Origin: Ramazzottius varieornatus
Taxonomy: Eukaryota; Animalia; Tardigrada
Length of the DNA: 64,000 nt
Assembly (NCBI GenBank): GCA_001949185.1
Contig: BDGG01000006.1
Span: 1,966,827-2,030,826 of the forward strand
Direction: 5' to 3'
The stretch's first letter is position 1. Every line of letters begins with the position of its first letter. Shown here in pieces: positions 23,939 to 38,100 of this stretch. Under the pieces are notes generated by a model. It was given only the letters and a program-made list of their open reading frames with translations. It searched no databases and had not been told where the DNA came from. The position numbers were made by a program, and so were the translations under genes.

Positions 23939-26900
23939 TCAAAGTTCCTTCGGAAGAAAAGCTAATTGTACTATGCTCCTGTTACTGTTTTTGATTTTGT
24001 GTTGTTTGTACTAGTCTACGTTTTTTTGTTTACTTTGCCAGATGAAAGATTGGTAAGTTGTCGTAGGATCTGCTCGGTGTTATGCAGTAAAGGTAAGAAC
24101 ATGTGGGTGTCGGATTTCGGATCGAACGTGATGTCAGTGGGCATATTTCATGCCTAGATGGCAACTTTGTCTAATATTGGCAAACTTGTTTGGACACGAA
24201 CACGGTTACCAGCGCATTGTTTGTCGACGGTGGTGGCGTGTTTCGTGTCCTGTATGATCGTCTCGGATTTCGTCTTGGCCCCTGGTAGGTACTTGAAAAT
24301 GACGGGCCAGCTGCTGGTTCATATCCTCGAACAAGGCCATCCGATCCATCTGTCCGCCATGCTCTCTGCTTGCATATACCTCATCTACCTTTCGGTGCAT
24401 CCTCGACCACCGAAACTTTATTCATGCAAAATCCGCTATCGGTGCCGTTAGCGTCTTTAAAAAGCAAATCTGACGGTTTGGTTTTTAAAAGGCATTGTAT
24501 GGTAAACCGTAGGAGGAAACCTTGTGTAGGCATTGGTCTCGTTTGACGATGTGAGAAGGTGCGGAGGTATTGGTATGATTGGTTGATTAATGAAACTACC
24601 GAGGTACCGCGATAAGTTGCGGTCACACTTTTCCAAGTGGCAAACTTGGGGTAGTGAGTGACAGAATCGCCGATAATTGGTGAAGTACTTGATGGGGAGA
24701 GTATTACGACAATTTTGGCCAAAAGCGCCCTCTCGACAACTCACTTGAATCATCTCAACAGCCCTGCTCACTTTAATTACTGGGTGATGATATCAAGTCA
24801 TAGTTAGCACTTGGTATAAAGGCGATGCTTGGTGCCGCCAATCGACGACCGGAAGGGAAGCCGTAGACGTCAAGAGCCTCCACGAGTGCCTGGTCCTTCA
24901 CTTCTCAAAAATGAAGTCCGCCGACTTGCACACAGAACCCATTACCAAGTTCAATTCTTCGTGCAGTTTAATTGCGTTATGCTGTACAGGTTGTAGAAAC
25001 ACGACATAACAGGTTCGAGTAGTAGTGCGAATCGAAATTCTATATTCAAACCAGCTAACGTTCTAAGCGGATCCTTGCGGGTCCGAAGTGTTCCAGTGGG
25101 CGAGAATGCCAGGGGGAACCCAAATGGAGGTCCCATGGTCCGCAAACCAGCGAGCAAGCTGAATAGCTAATCTGTTGGTACTGTGTCTTTAAATCTAGTG
25201 GACAGTGCAGCTGACGATCTCGCCGATTTGGGTCGCCGCGAAGACCCCTGCATTTGTGAAATGAAGCCGAGGTATCGTGATTCTAATTTGCGATGGTACG
25301 GTTGTAAATTTTTCACCGGCTGTTAACAATGGCCCTCAAGTTCCTCGACAAGGAAATTTCTATATTTGGGGAAACACTCGATGCAGAAAAATGGAAGCCC
25401 GAGAGGGGAAAATAGGGAAAGGAGAAATTGAATTGTCAGCTTGGCGGTTTGGTGAACCGCATCGAACCATGACGGAAACGGGAGCGGAAATGCGCAGTGG
25501 CGTGCTGCATGTAAGTATGCAAACAAGCCATCTTGCGTCCAACATTGAGAGGACATTACGCCGTCGTCCTTTGCCATGAATGGAACATGGCATCGAACAC
25601 ACACATTTATTGACCGTTCAAATATCATATTTTGACTAAATGATGCGTCAACCACGGGAAGCCCACGTTATTGATTGCGCACTGCGGGTGTCTGTGTAAT
25701 ATTGACCAGTGGGTGGCTTTGGTCACACTTAATGACATTCAATGCATTCACGTTTAGGAGAATCGTTTTGTTTTTCTTTTGTCCAGAAACTGAGCACACG
25801 CAATAAATCACTCGATCAATACTGCATTTCTTCTACATGGTGAAATTTCCCGTATTGGAATCTGGTCGAGGATTTGTAAATGGGAGCTGGGCAAACAAAA
25901 CGTACAAGATCGTTTTCTTCAACTGGCGCATCCTCGCAGCCAACAGCAACAGAGATATGCGCCATTTGAGGTAATGAGCCTGTACGTCTCCTTTGCCCAG
26001 CTTTCATATGGTTACAAAATATGAAACTACCAAAGTTGGTTCCGGGTATTGAATCTCGACGTCTGCCGAGACTTTTCCGTGTCAGTGACTTTTGCGAGCA
26101 AATAGATCCGCAGCACATGTTGCTACCTTGTGCAGTGTAGGAAAAGGAGATGACAATGCAAAGAGAGAGGAAAACAAGAGCTGGAACAATATTCAAGTGG
26201 TTATTGGGGCTTCGCCACTTGAAAAACGCCTGGTGCATAGTAGCCAGCGCACACACGGCACTTTCTCAGGCCAACATTTACCTCATTTCCCTCCACGCGG
26301 AAATCAGCAGCGATGCCTTGATTTTGCTCATTCACATGAACTCACTTCGTCTATTCATGCAGCAGGCCTACATTAACCCGGTAGCAAATCCTGGTGTGTA
26401 CAAAGTAAACAACGTTATACACAGTAGATCCCAGGTAAAACATCTATGATTAATTCATTTATTCATTCCGTATCTTTTTATGTTCAGTTTTGGAAGGACA
26501 CCGTATATCGTTAGGCTGAGTTACATCGTGCGAAAGCGTCGACCTTGAATACATACTTTGATTGGTATACTAGTACCTGCATACAATCACTGAGCAGTTT
26601 CTGCTAGCACGAAGCTTTAACGGCCTCTTCGTGCTCAGACCAAAATAGAAACGAGGTTCATGGCTCAGGCTGATCTGAAGCGGGCACGGGCTCTATATTA
26701 GCGCTGAACAAAGTCGAAACTCGAGCTTTACTTCCATGTCGGAGGAACAGCGCACCGAATACGGTATAATTCATAGAAGAAATCTGCAATATCAAAAAGA
26801 CTGAACTGTTGTGCTCATGCATGATCCACGAGGAAGAGCAGTACCGACCAGGAAGATTAAAAGTTAATTTTGGGTTCGCGGATTATCATTGTGGTGGTTA

Positions 26901-29900
26901 ATTAAGGGCCGTTCAGCGGCCGGCGCCTGTGCCACTTAATATCGTAGCGGCTTCATCAGGCCGGTAAATTATCTGTCTCGCACCCACTAAAGATCAATGA
27001 ATGGTGTCTGTCTACGCATGAGAGAAAAGCCACGTAGACAGTCAATAAAACTCATTCGATCTGCTTGTCAGTGGCCGCAATTTGTGTAGTTGAGAAAAAG
27101 AAGCAGAGTAAAGAAGCACATCTTCTTGTGTGCTGATTTGATTGTATGGCTGGGCGATGACGGCCTAAACGAGTAACTAAAGCTGCACTTCAACGCTCAA
27201 CTAATGCACAAATCAAACAGATAAACCTCCGCTCATAACCATTTCTTCACAGGCAAATCAACTGATCCAGTCTGCTGTCCCAAGTGGCGCACGGTCCCGA
27301 AGTTGTTAGCTGCAAGCGCGCGCCACTTAGAGAACCTGACGAGATCGTTGCTCGAACGTTCGAAGGGGCGCACAGTCCCGATCAACAACACTGGAAACGT
27401 GCACCACTTGGAAAAACGATCTTGTTAAGTTCACGTATCCAGCTCCACTTCTTGATTCCCTGGATGGCTGTCAGGCACGTTGATTGGGAAAAAACCTATT
27501 GCATTTATGCGTGTATCTGACTGTTGTGTGAGAAAAAAGATTCGGCACCCCTAAAATCAATATTTTTGTAATGGCACTTTGCATTCAGCTTTTGACATGG
27601 AGAGTGACTTCTCGACGCTACACTTCCAGCCTGGTTTTTCTCCTACTCTACTTTCCGCTATTGATTGAAGATGGTAGTTAAAAAGGGCTTATCTACCGAA
27701 GTGCCTTCTTGCCCTGCCATTGTACCAGCTGAAGAAGATGCCCTCAAAAACCATCGATTCAGAAAAGGGACCAGACAGAGTAGACAAAGTGAGCACTTGG
27801 TTTACTGGCTCTTGAACGAATGAAGACTGACGCTGTGGAAAAATATTGAATAATGGGTGGAAAAGGAAGCGGTTGTGCGAATCATTAAGCAGCCTTCAAT
27901 TGAGCGGAAAATGCGATAATATTGCTTGGAAATGATGTGCTACGCGTGCCCGTTTCGAGCAGTAGGATAAATAGAAACGTCTGCTGCAACCCGCCGTGTT
28001 TTGGCACTTGTCGGCTCTTCATTATTTTGACCGTAAATGGATGGAGCATTCAACGGTTGACCTTTAGCGAGACGATGCATGGGTGAGGCTTCCGGGATGG
28101 CGTGCGGCAAAGGCTGCGAAAATAAATCAGACATATCCGCCGGCCGCGTGACGCAGTAGAATGCTCAGGCATGCACGTGACTGTTTCACCAACAGGCTAT
28201 CGCAGCATGGACCTCAAAAAGAGATCAATCAAAGGCGAGGCAGTGAGCAGCTTTCTGACTTCATCGAATTGGTTGATTTTCTGTTAGTCATGTCTTTAAC
28301 TAACCGCAAGAAACCGTAGAGAAACGGCGATTTTCTTTCGAGCGTTCTTCATCTGTACGTAGAGCAATACATGCGAACAGTTTCAGCCCTTGGATTTCTG
28401 TCGTTTCAGACGTGCATTCTGATGTCCAAACTTTTCTCAGATTTATTAGATAGCTGTAGCTACGATGCGGCAAGACGTATCACACTAGGCCTTGATATTC
28501 TGATGCTTGCTTTTCGCCAAAGCTGAAATCAAGTAAGCGCGTGTGCACGGAAGGCACGGGCAACAACCGATGGGTTGTCTAATTGATAAATTGACAAATC
28601 AATAAAGTTGTCAATACGCAGGTAGACACTTTCGCGCTAGCCTACAATAACCATACGAAAACACAACATTATTGATGATCAAATCCATTGAGGATAATCA
28701 ACACGGCGGCCATTAAGTGCCGACCGCAGTGGGTGCATTTGCTTTCAATTTGTCCCATGAATGCATGAATGGCTGATGGTGTGATCGTTTCTCCTACTTT
28801 ACGCACTTAATAATATTCCTGGATGAAGGCGAAATGATATGCTTTGCAGGTGCGACATTTGCTGAATGGCCGCTGTGGAACATTCAAGCACATCCGGTAC
28901 ATGTATGGAAATGAGCGGAATATGGACGTGTGTTGGCTAATCCGGATATTGTTCTACACGAATAAATATCATGACATTTCTTTCTTGTCAATTGCGGGGT
29001 TGATCTGTCAAACCGCATTACAGTCCGCTCGCACTCGGCCTATATGGCACCGTGCGATTCTTGATTGAGAGCCATCGTGATATTATATTGAAGATATACT
29101 TGAATGTGAAGCCGAGTACACTCAATAATATGTCAGCGTTGTTTAATTATCGACTAGTTTATGGCTTCGAGTTCAACTTCAATCTATGAGTCAGAATCTC
29201 TTCAATAAAAAAATAAGAGCACCGAACATTCCAAGAAACCAATCAACCAGCTTAAAATTTTACGACAATAGAACGTCTGCAAATAATTCTTACATGATCA
29301 TCCTGTCAAGTGACGCACGTTCCAACTGATTGGCTGAACATGTGCGCCAGTCGGGAAAACGATCCTGTTCAGTTCATGGTGATAGACCGTAATTCTACTG
29401 AATTTTCCAAAATACCGCGGCCGATCTTGGAAATTCTAGGATTCACGATGCAAGACGGTCTTCTTATCGGGCACAAAGTCAATAAGCTTTGCCGATAAGC
29501 TGACCTTTCCAAGACGGTAAATTGTTGTGGTCAGTTATAGAACCCACAGCTGTGATAACTAGTGTACCTTTCCACGGTTCTCGGCAATGCGGTATCAACT
29601 GTGTCGAGAAGATTATAAACCGAAATGTAAATTGTAAAATGGGATCATCAACAAGATTAAGATGTATGAGCAAGGAGATAAGGCTGTCGGAAAGGTGTTT
29701 GTCAATGTGGCTCGATTATCTGATGACGGGCGGGTTGGTGCATTATAGTTGTGCAGGCCACGTCTGATAAGACCTGCAGGTCAGCCATTTCGATGTGATG
29801 ACCACCCGGTTGTGTCCACGTGTAAACTGTTTAAAGACTAGCTTTCTCACCTTCTAGCCTCGCAAGGAGTCATTTAAACTCTTTTTATCGTATTTGTCGC

Positions 29901-30273
29901 CTTGAGCAAAGATTAAAGGCTTTGAGGCTGAACGAGGCTAACTGTCTTTTAGAGCTTGATAATGCCGGACTGACTTACAGTGTACACACGGACAAACAGG
30001 CCATAGCAAAGAGTCACTTTTGTTTGGACGGCCGTGAAACCAGGGTAAAGATTTGACCAGGGTCGTAAAAGGCTAGCTTTTGCATCAAACTGATAATTAA
30101 GTAACCTTGTAACAGAGAAACGACTGAATAAAATATTTTCGAATTTCAAAAGAAAATCGGTATGAATATTCGATAAAAAGAGAAACAGTCGACCAAGGAA
30201 GTTTTTACAAGTGCAAAATGAGTCGATGAACAACAAGGTAAAATAATCGTCTTTTATTTTTTGATTGTGTGGC

Positions 30274-33200
30274 TCACCAAGAAGACCATCGTTGGTTGGC
30301 CGCGGCATGTTGCTGCATAGCTAGTGCGTAATTGTTGGCGTAGTTGGCTGCGCCATTGAGTGAGGTGAAACCCATATGGTTTTGAGGTCCCGCATTGATG
30401 CAGGAGGAAGAAAACGAAGGAGGCATATGAGGGTTACTGTTGGATAATACTGATGCATTGGACAGTTGGTTGATGGAGGGACCGTATCCGCTCATGGCTG
30501 ATGAACCATAGCTGCTAACGGGGGAGGCGAAGTAGCCTTGGTTGAGGGACTGCATGTCCATGGCGGAGGCCTGGCTGGACTTGAGTGAGCCGTACTGGGA
30601 CTGCGATGAATGAGGGTTGCAGGGCTTACCGTCACGGACGAGCACGGGAACGGCGACCCGTTTGGGTGACTGCATGCTGTGCAGGTCCATGCCGCCTTTC
30701 TGTGAGCAGGCACGCTTCGTTTTGTAACGATGGTTTTGGAACCAGATTTTCACCTACGATTAGAAAAAAACAAAATAAGACACATGTCAATCGTGAGGGT
30801 TGTCTTCCGCAAATTCGGCGCTACGCTTTGTCTCTACAGTAACATAATTACAGGGTTGTTCGCAAAGCCACAAGCGCCATCAGAATTTGGGAAGTGAGAA
30901 AATGCTTTGCACCTGGCGCACCCTTCCAGTCAATCACAAGGGAAATGTGCGCCACTTTGAGACAATGATTTGGTTGGATTCATTTGCCCACTTCCCATTT
31001 AGATAGCATCAGGTCGATCGAAAAAGATTTTAGGAGACCTTGTCGTTACCTGAGTAGGACTGAGGCGGATGAGGCTAGCGAGGTGCTCGCGTTCGGGAGC
31101 TGACAAGTACCGTTGCTGAAGGAACCGTCTCTCCAGTTCGCTGGTCTGCGACTTGGTGAACAGGACCCGTCGTTTGCGCTTCTTGACAGGGGCATCTCCA
31201 TTGTTCTCCTTCTTGCCATCTCCCGATGCAGATTTATCATCTTTGGAATCGCCATCGTCATCATCCTCGTCGACATCCTCGTCCTCGCTGTCGCCTTTTG
31301 CATCGATACCCTCTGACAAATCGTCGGAGAGATCGTTGTTGGGGACTTCATTGCAGGCACTGGAGCGTGGCGTGGTCGATGCCTCTTCGCGCTTTGATAT
31401 CTCGGCAGTGCCATTCTCCGCCGCGGCATCCCCTTTCACTGAAATGGGACTGGCCAGATATCCCATGCCGGATGCGCCATCGACCGTAGTTACGTGACTG
31501 CCGCCGTTCGACGATGCGGAATCCAGGCCCGATTGCGGAGCTGACTGCCTATTCACCGCATCCAAGGAACTGGACAGGACGCCACCCAAACCGGAATTCA
31601 CCATCGGTTGCACATAACCTAAAATCCCATTCATCCATTTATTTCGATCTCAATCATTGAGATTCAATGCATCGAAAATATCTTTCACGAGATCATATAG
31701 TACTGAAAGCTCAAAATTGCAAACCTCTCAAATCTTTGCTCTATGATTTTATCTGTTATCTTCCATGACTGATGAATTACAGGCCGAAATTACCGCTGTC
31801 ACAATTGTCTATGTTTTCCATCAGAATATACTTTGAAAATTTTCCTTCTGCAACTATCGCGCATGCTTATAAAATTGAGCGGCCGTGGAGATACCCAAAC
31901 GTTTGAATACCGGTTTCACCGAAAGATGGCTGTTCAAATGCTGGCGACCTTTACCTTACCTTGGTATGCGGCGTAAGGGTCGCTGACGCTCTGCAGGGAC
32001 GGATGTACCCAACGGGAGTAATTATCCATGGCAGCATATTGGTCCATATAATGATGGGATGTGTAGCCCATGGGTGCGGGCATCATGTGGGACATATGGG
32101 GATGATGGTTGAGAGCGCTGGAATAATGCGACATGGCAGCGGTGGCAGAGTCAAGATTGGCGTTGAGCAACAACTGACCCAGCGTCGCCGCTGATGTGGA
32201 GTTCGAAGACGATGACGACGAGCTGTTGGTGGCAGCTGCTACACTTTCTCCGCCATGTAGTTTACTTTCCGGTAATTGGAGAATGTCTTTCACATGGAAG
32301 CCACTCGATGACTTATTGGACACAGTAGCGGTGGCCGCGGCATTCGCCTGCTGAAGATTGTGCAGTGTCATGGCTGCACCGGCCCCACCGTCCAATGGTC
32401 TGCAAGCAGCAAGCCCACAATAAGTACAGTGTCAAGACAAAGCAGAGCTGACGAGAACTTGAGAGGAGCAAAACTGCTCTAAATATTATGGTAATTATTG
32501 ACGTTTGAGGGAAAGTTATGCGACTTTTGGACAACGTAACACTTGAAGAATACGTGACTTGAGGACGTTTCCAAAGCACGACTTGGAGAAATAGAAGGGC
32601 TGCCAAATGTGCCAGTAAAAGAAAAACCTCTTCAGCGGAAGTAAAAAGTATGCCGCAGACAACAAAAAAAGGCCAAAAACGTTTCGATGCTTAAAGACCG
32701 GTCTTCGCTAAAATCGTTCGGTTTTCCGACTTACGCGGACAGCAAAATCTGTCAAGGTAAACTGCCTAAACGACCAGGTTGATCAGCCTTCGGTGACTTT
32801 ACCAAAGACAAGGTGGCTACCAGATGTGAGGCTATTTTACTGGAGGGAAGACAGAAGTCAGAAAAAAACTTGATTGGTGAAAAACAGGCCGTCAATCTGG
32901 ATGTCAAGAACGCAGCTGAAAAGCCATATGATTTGGCAAACAAGCTGTTCGAGTGGAAGCAACAAGGACGCATAAAGACTGGAGTTTAAGAAGTCCTTGA
33001 ACTAGGTTCTAAGCATTTTAGAGTGGAGGAATGAAGTGAGATTTAGAGGGATGTGAAGAGGTGGCTGTATACATGGTGAAGATATCGAAGAAGAGGAGCA
33101 AGGAAGGAGCTATCGGACGCCATTTCATCATGGACCCGCCCTTTACTCTTGATCATCTCACATCGGGCTTACGGATGGAGTATGGCTGTATTGCCACTTG

Positions 33201-36200
33201 ATGGAGATCCCTTGCACAATCACCCCTTTTCAACATCGATCTCGAGGAGCTCAAGCTCTGGATGATGCGATCTCCAAGCTGTACGGGATCAAAAGCCAAC
33301 CGTCGGTTGACGCTCAAGACCCGCGCCTCGCTAGCAACAGCATGGTAAGAGATGCACTTGTCTAGCCTGAGTGCAATATCATCACGCCGGAGCCAAGCAG
33401 TGACTCCCCGCGTAGTGCATCGCAACCCCGTTCAACACGCGCACATCGCACTTGCATACAGAGGCCTGTGGTGACAACCTTCCGTCTGGTATGCAAGTTG
33501 GTGGCTTTCTCTCACGAATGTATGTCGCACTGTTTTACTTGTTGCGACCTACCTACTTGTCGGTGGAGTATCTAACAGGGTACTTGGTTGCAGGTGCGTG
33601 TCGCAATGACCGGTCAGGCGTAACTTGACGGCACCTTGTCAGGGTAAAGTTTGGACGTACGCTTTTGATATTGATCGATAATTGAAAGAGAGTGTGGCTG
33701 ATGAAAGGGAGCAATGTTGATCTATTAATCGTAACACGCCTTGATTGTCGTTTTTACATTTGGTCTTTTACACGCTCGACTATTTGGACAGTGTTGTGCG
33801 CACTGACACACACGGAAAGAGAATACACAGCAGGGATAAAACCACTCATATTTGCAACCACTGAAAGTTAGATCAAGTTTTCATATTGATTTTTGGCTCT
33901 CCACTACACTCCATCTCCTCTCTGCTGAGGTTGCCCGCTTACAGTTATGAAGCTCGAAAAGCAATCTTCTGCCTCTTGGTTGGCTTGTTGAAATTCGAGT
34001 TGTTACCATTGATGTGGCCATCGAACTGCAAGTCATAAAATTTCCTTGAAAAAAACATAATGCATGCACCGGCATCGGCCAGCGTTTGGCGGCCGGTCGC
34101 TTCTGGCCGGCACAACCGGTTCCTACCGGATACATGGAACGTGAGCAATGGCTTGAGCCAGATCGTTTTCCCATGTGGCGCACACTCCTAGCCAGTAACA
34201 ATGGATGCGTGCGCCACTTGAAGTGATAATCTGATTCAGTTCACATGCCCACGTCCTGCATATCCAAACTCATTACATGAAATCAGTCCCATTGAATGGT
34301 AGACTGGCCTGGGTTTTCTAGAGCGCGTTTAAAACAGGAGCAACCTACAAAGAGCACTACATTGGATTTCACGGTTATCGAGGGTCTTAGGTATTCATTG
34401 CTGAATGGACATCACGCTAAGCTAGCACAATATTCTCTCGGATTAACTCAAAAGGCGATTAACTTTGGTGTTGACAGCAGGCTTTTAGATTCCAGCTGAG
34501 CCGGATACCTGTCAAGACCGCTTTACAGTGGACCACCTAACGTCGAGTCTACTGAGTCTACAGCTTTATAAACAGGGATCTCCCACATCTCGACACCTTC
34601 ACCTCAATGGAAGATTGGCACTTGTCACAGCTATCAATATCGTTTAAGCCTATTCGGGCTGACGAACTATGCACATTCATCTGGTCATTTACAATCCGCA
34701 CAAGTCGATTCACATGTCTGCTCGCACATATCGTTATGCACTGCATCAACGTCAGAACGTCATCCATATACAATTTTCCGTACCTTTCCCATGCGCAACT
34801 ATGATGTCAAATTTGAATATTAATGCACCTCACCCCCTAAATGCTTGAACTCTATACGGAAACTGTATAAATTACATGAATATTCAGTTTTCAAGTAATA
34901 TCGAACCACCCAGGAAGCACTCTCGTCAGAATAGGAAAAAATTGGTAGCAAAATCACGGTCAAGCGATGGTATTCGACGACTGAGTCTGACATGTGTATC
35001 ATTCAAACATTCGCAGCTGTAAGAAAAGCACACTATTTGGAAATTTTGCAAAAATTCAAAATGAAAAAAAACCTGAAAACTCTTTTCTCGTCTTTCAACA
35101 TGCTCAAAGTTTCTGGAAACAGTATTCGAATATAGGAAGCGATCGCGGAAGTATCGGTTATGAGTAGCTGGTCACGCATGATGGGCAACCATACGCGGGC
35201 GCTGCATTTGTCAGTACTCGAGATGGATCGCCAAGTGGCCAAATCGGTGGGTAAACATTTTGTCAAATTTTACAAACACGGCCAGTACGTCGACGGGGTC
35301 TGGTGACTCCTCAAACGAAGTATCGCCTGATTAACCATTCAAATTTGTCCGCCACAGGACAAAAGGACGGCAATTACCTGCATCGCATCCAGACGAGATG
35401 GGTACGGGCGCAGGCAGAGTAGGGTCGACAGAAATCAATCAGGCGACCGCGGCTCAATTTACTCCCGGCCTGACAAGGTGGCAACAACCCTTGGCGTCAA
35501 CCCCCCACTTTACATCCGTTTTAAACTCAACAAATTTCCTCAAGAAAATTAACCTTCCTTCCGCAAACAGTCTGGTCTATTTCGCTCTCCGTTCCTGGTC
35601 CAGGGTTAGAATTTACGTATACAAATTTGCTGACCGACAGTGCAGCGTCAATTCTTACCTCCATTGCAGAAACAAACACATATCTTTAAACAGATTTTTC
35701 ATCGTTCGAATTTCCACAGTCAGTATTCAATAAAAATCAAGACACAACTTTTTTCAGCCTGAATGATAACGCTTCTGATGGTAAAATTTGATGGAGAGAC
35801 CAAAAAGTGCAGATTGGGAGAGGAATGCAACTGATGACTGACTTGGTCATTTTCACGATCAATCGCGACGTGTGATCTCTCTTACAGCAATATTTATATT
35901 TCACACCTTGCAATATCGATCTTTCTTCTGTATCTGACATATGTCCATTGATGCAGGGCTGTCTGTTGATAAAGTTGGACAATAGTAGGTGGTATCTGTA
36001 TACTGTTCAGCTCATAAATGGCCGTCGGGCAATTTAGTGAGCGTACGGCATCCCATTCAAAACCGGTGACCTTTTTACCTTCCCCTTCGTTACGTGAGGC
36101 AGCTCGAGAAAAGGCCTAGCTTGAGTGTTTTTACTCGGCTCATATTTCACGCGGTAATCGTCAAGCGTCTTGACGACCAAACCACTCATCGGCGGTGGTA

Positions 36201-37263
36201 TAATCCAATTTTCCTTCGAGCTCTCTTAATTAACCTCGGCATTGCCGTTCGGTGTTTGAACACTGTCCGTCCATCCATCTTTCACTCTGGCTATCTTGGA
36301 TCAGTGTTGGCTTCTGGTTAATTGACAGAAAAGGAAGATTCAGACATGGTACTTCGGCGCTTTTCGGGAAGCCCTGATCAAACAAGCACTTGCAGGAAGC
36401 TTAGGCATATCGGCAAACACTTTTGGGACTACTGTGTTGATACAAGAGATTTAACCGGCCAATCATACTGTTACCGGCTTTCCTCGTCTAACATGCGCCT
36501 CAGTCGCTCTAAAAGCCATTAAGCCCACCATTGCCATGCTAATTTACCATTTTACCTATTCCATTTGCCTAATAGCTTCAGACGGGTTTCTGATCAGACA
36601 CAAGCTTCAAGTCCATACATTAGCCTCCATAGCAAAAGCCTTCCAATCAACGATAATACTCGGACTCTATTTACCATTTTCGGACAAACGTTGGTTGTTT
36701 GCTATCACAGCCATTCAATCCAACAAGAAGGCTACCTCCAAGCGAAAAAAGTTTTCAGGTTATAATAATCGTCGATAAAATCATGCGACAGAGCGGCAAT
36801 CAGTTTCGAAATGATCATTATTTCGAGCGACGCAAGTGTCTGTGTTACTGGCTGGCAACGTGGGCCACTTGGAATAACAATCATCCCGAGATTGCCACCC
36901 GGCAACCCATTTCACGAACCAGGTTTCAGTGAGAGAAGGACATTTGAACCAATGATCAGTACGTTAGCTAGAATGGTTCAGACTCTCATGAAGATTAGTC
37001 TCTTACCTGGAGTACAGTTGAGAGGAAGAAGGATGAGTGGCGCTGCGCAGTTCCGTGTAGTTGAAGTCGAGGGGATTGTCTACGTCGTTGAGGGTGTTTT
37101 GTATCTGGACGGGGTTCAGGCTGGAGAGAGCCTGAGGACCTCCACACGATATTGTGTCTTGGGCACTCATCAGTGAATTAGATTGGTTATTGCCAGGTTG
37201 ACCATACATAAAAGTACTGTTCCACGGTTCGAACGACTGAAGGTGCGTCAATGAAGGGTTCAT
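30274..37263 (-). CDS. vnd: NK2.2-class homeobox transcription factor (vnd/Nkx2.2), ~581 aa, 4 coding exons
   Basis: Exons 37263-37007 (inferred upstream exon), 32399-31960, 31618-31050, 30753-30274. TN/eh1 motif [12 protein letters not shown]; homeodomain [44 protein letters not shown]|[14 protein letters not shown]; NK2-specific domain [17 protein letters not shown]; C-terminal W-x-x-W. An alternative start is possible at ATG 32371. Confidence 0.92.
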
Positions 37264-37387
37264 GGTGGAATTCAAATAAATTCTGAGGGCCGCGACGTGC
37301 GTTTAATGATGAGCTGACAAAGTGCCGAGTGAATTCAGAATGGGGAATCCGCATGTGTCATTGCGTAAAATACGTCGGAGTGTAAGG

Positions 37388-37400
37388 TGATATATAGCCA
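37388..37400 (-). promoter_or_regulatory. Candidate TATA box of the distal vnd promoter
   Basis: GGCTATATATCAC on the minus strand ~130 bp upstream of an ATG in CCACCATG context at 37263. Confidence 0.35.
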
Positions 37401-38100
37401 AAGATGGCTGAGCGGAATTTGTCACAGAAATGCTGACGGAAGTTTTGGGGAGAGTTTACCAAGCACGTGAAAACTATTTTGCATGCTGCGTGTTTTGTTT
37501 TGCGTCACGGTGATGAGCGAGTTAGGTGGCTGGTCCGTGAGTGTCCTCGCGCAGACGTTGAACTTCCTACCGATCCTGTCGTTATGCTAGTTTTCAAACT
37601 GGTCAAACAACAATCGTATTGCTTCTTCTGTTAAGTTGGATACTGTTACAGTTTTCGCACATCAGGACAGCATAAAATCAGTCCATCAGATGGCGCCATG
37701 GGTCCGGCTTTATGGACTGTGCTTTCAGTTATCGCACAGAAAGAGAAAGACTTTATTTCCACAAAATAATCATACATTGGTGTGTCTATATTCAACAAGC
37801 AACGAAAAGGATCAAGCAGATTCGGCTCATTGCCACAAATACTTCTCTTTTGTTCTTCGACATTCTTCAGTATCGCTTTCAGGTTTCGGTTTTCCGTGGT
37901 CGGTTCAGTACAAGACGTGGTTCATTTTTGCTGCGAGAAACCTTCGTTGGTCCACTTGCAACAGCTTCAGAATATCTTTGTCGCTGGGATAACTTTGGAT
38001 GACGTTTTGCATCTGGACGTCCAGCATATATCTCGGCGATCTTAGGGTCAGCTGAATGGCTCAAGATTCTTGCCCGTGGAGCTTTCCTAAACACATCATA

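Noticed and set aside
24000-30200. Numerous 60-150-aa ORFs downstream of vnd and in its first intron
   Set aside because: No recognisable domains, coding-like composition or consistent splice structure; treated as chance ORFs in regulatory DNA.
37007-37263. Alternative first exon splicing directly to the homeobox exon at 31618 (TN-less isoform)
   Set aside because: The donor is phase 2 but that acceptor needs phase 1; only the 32399 acceptor keeps the frame.
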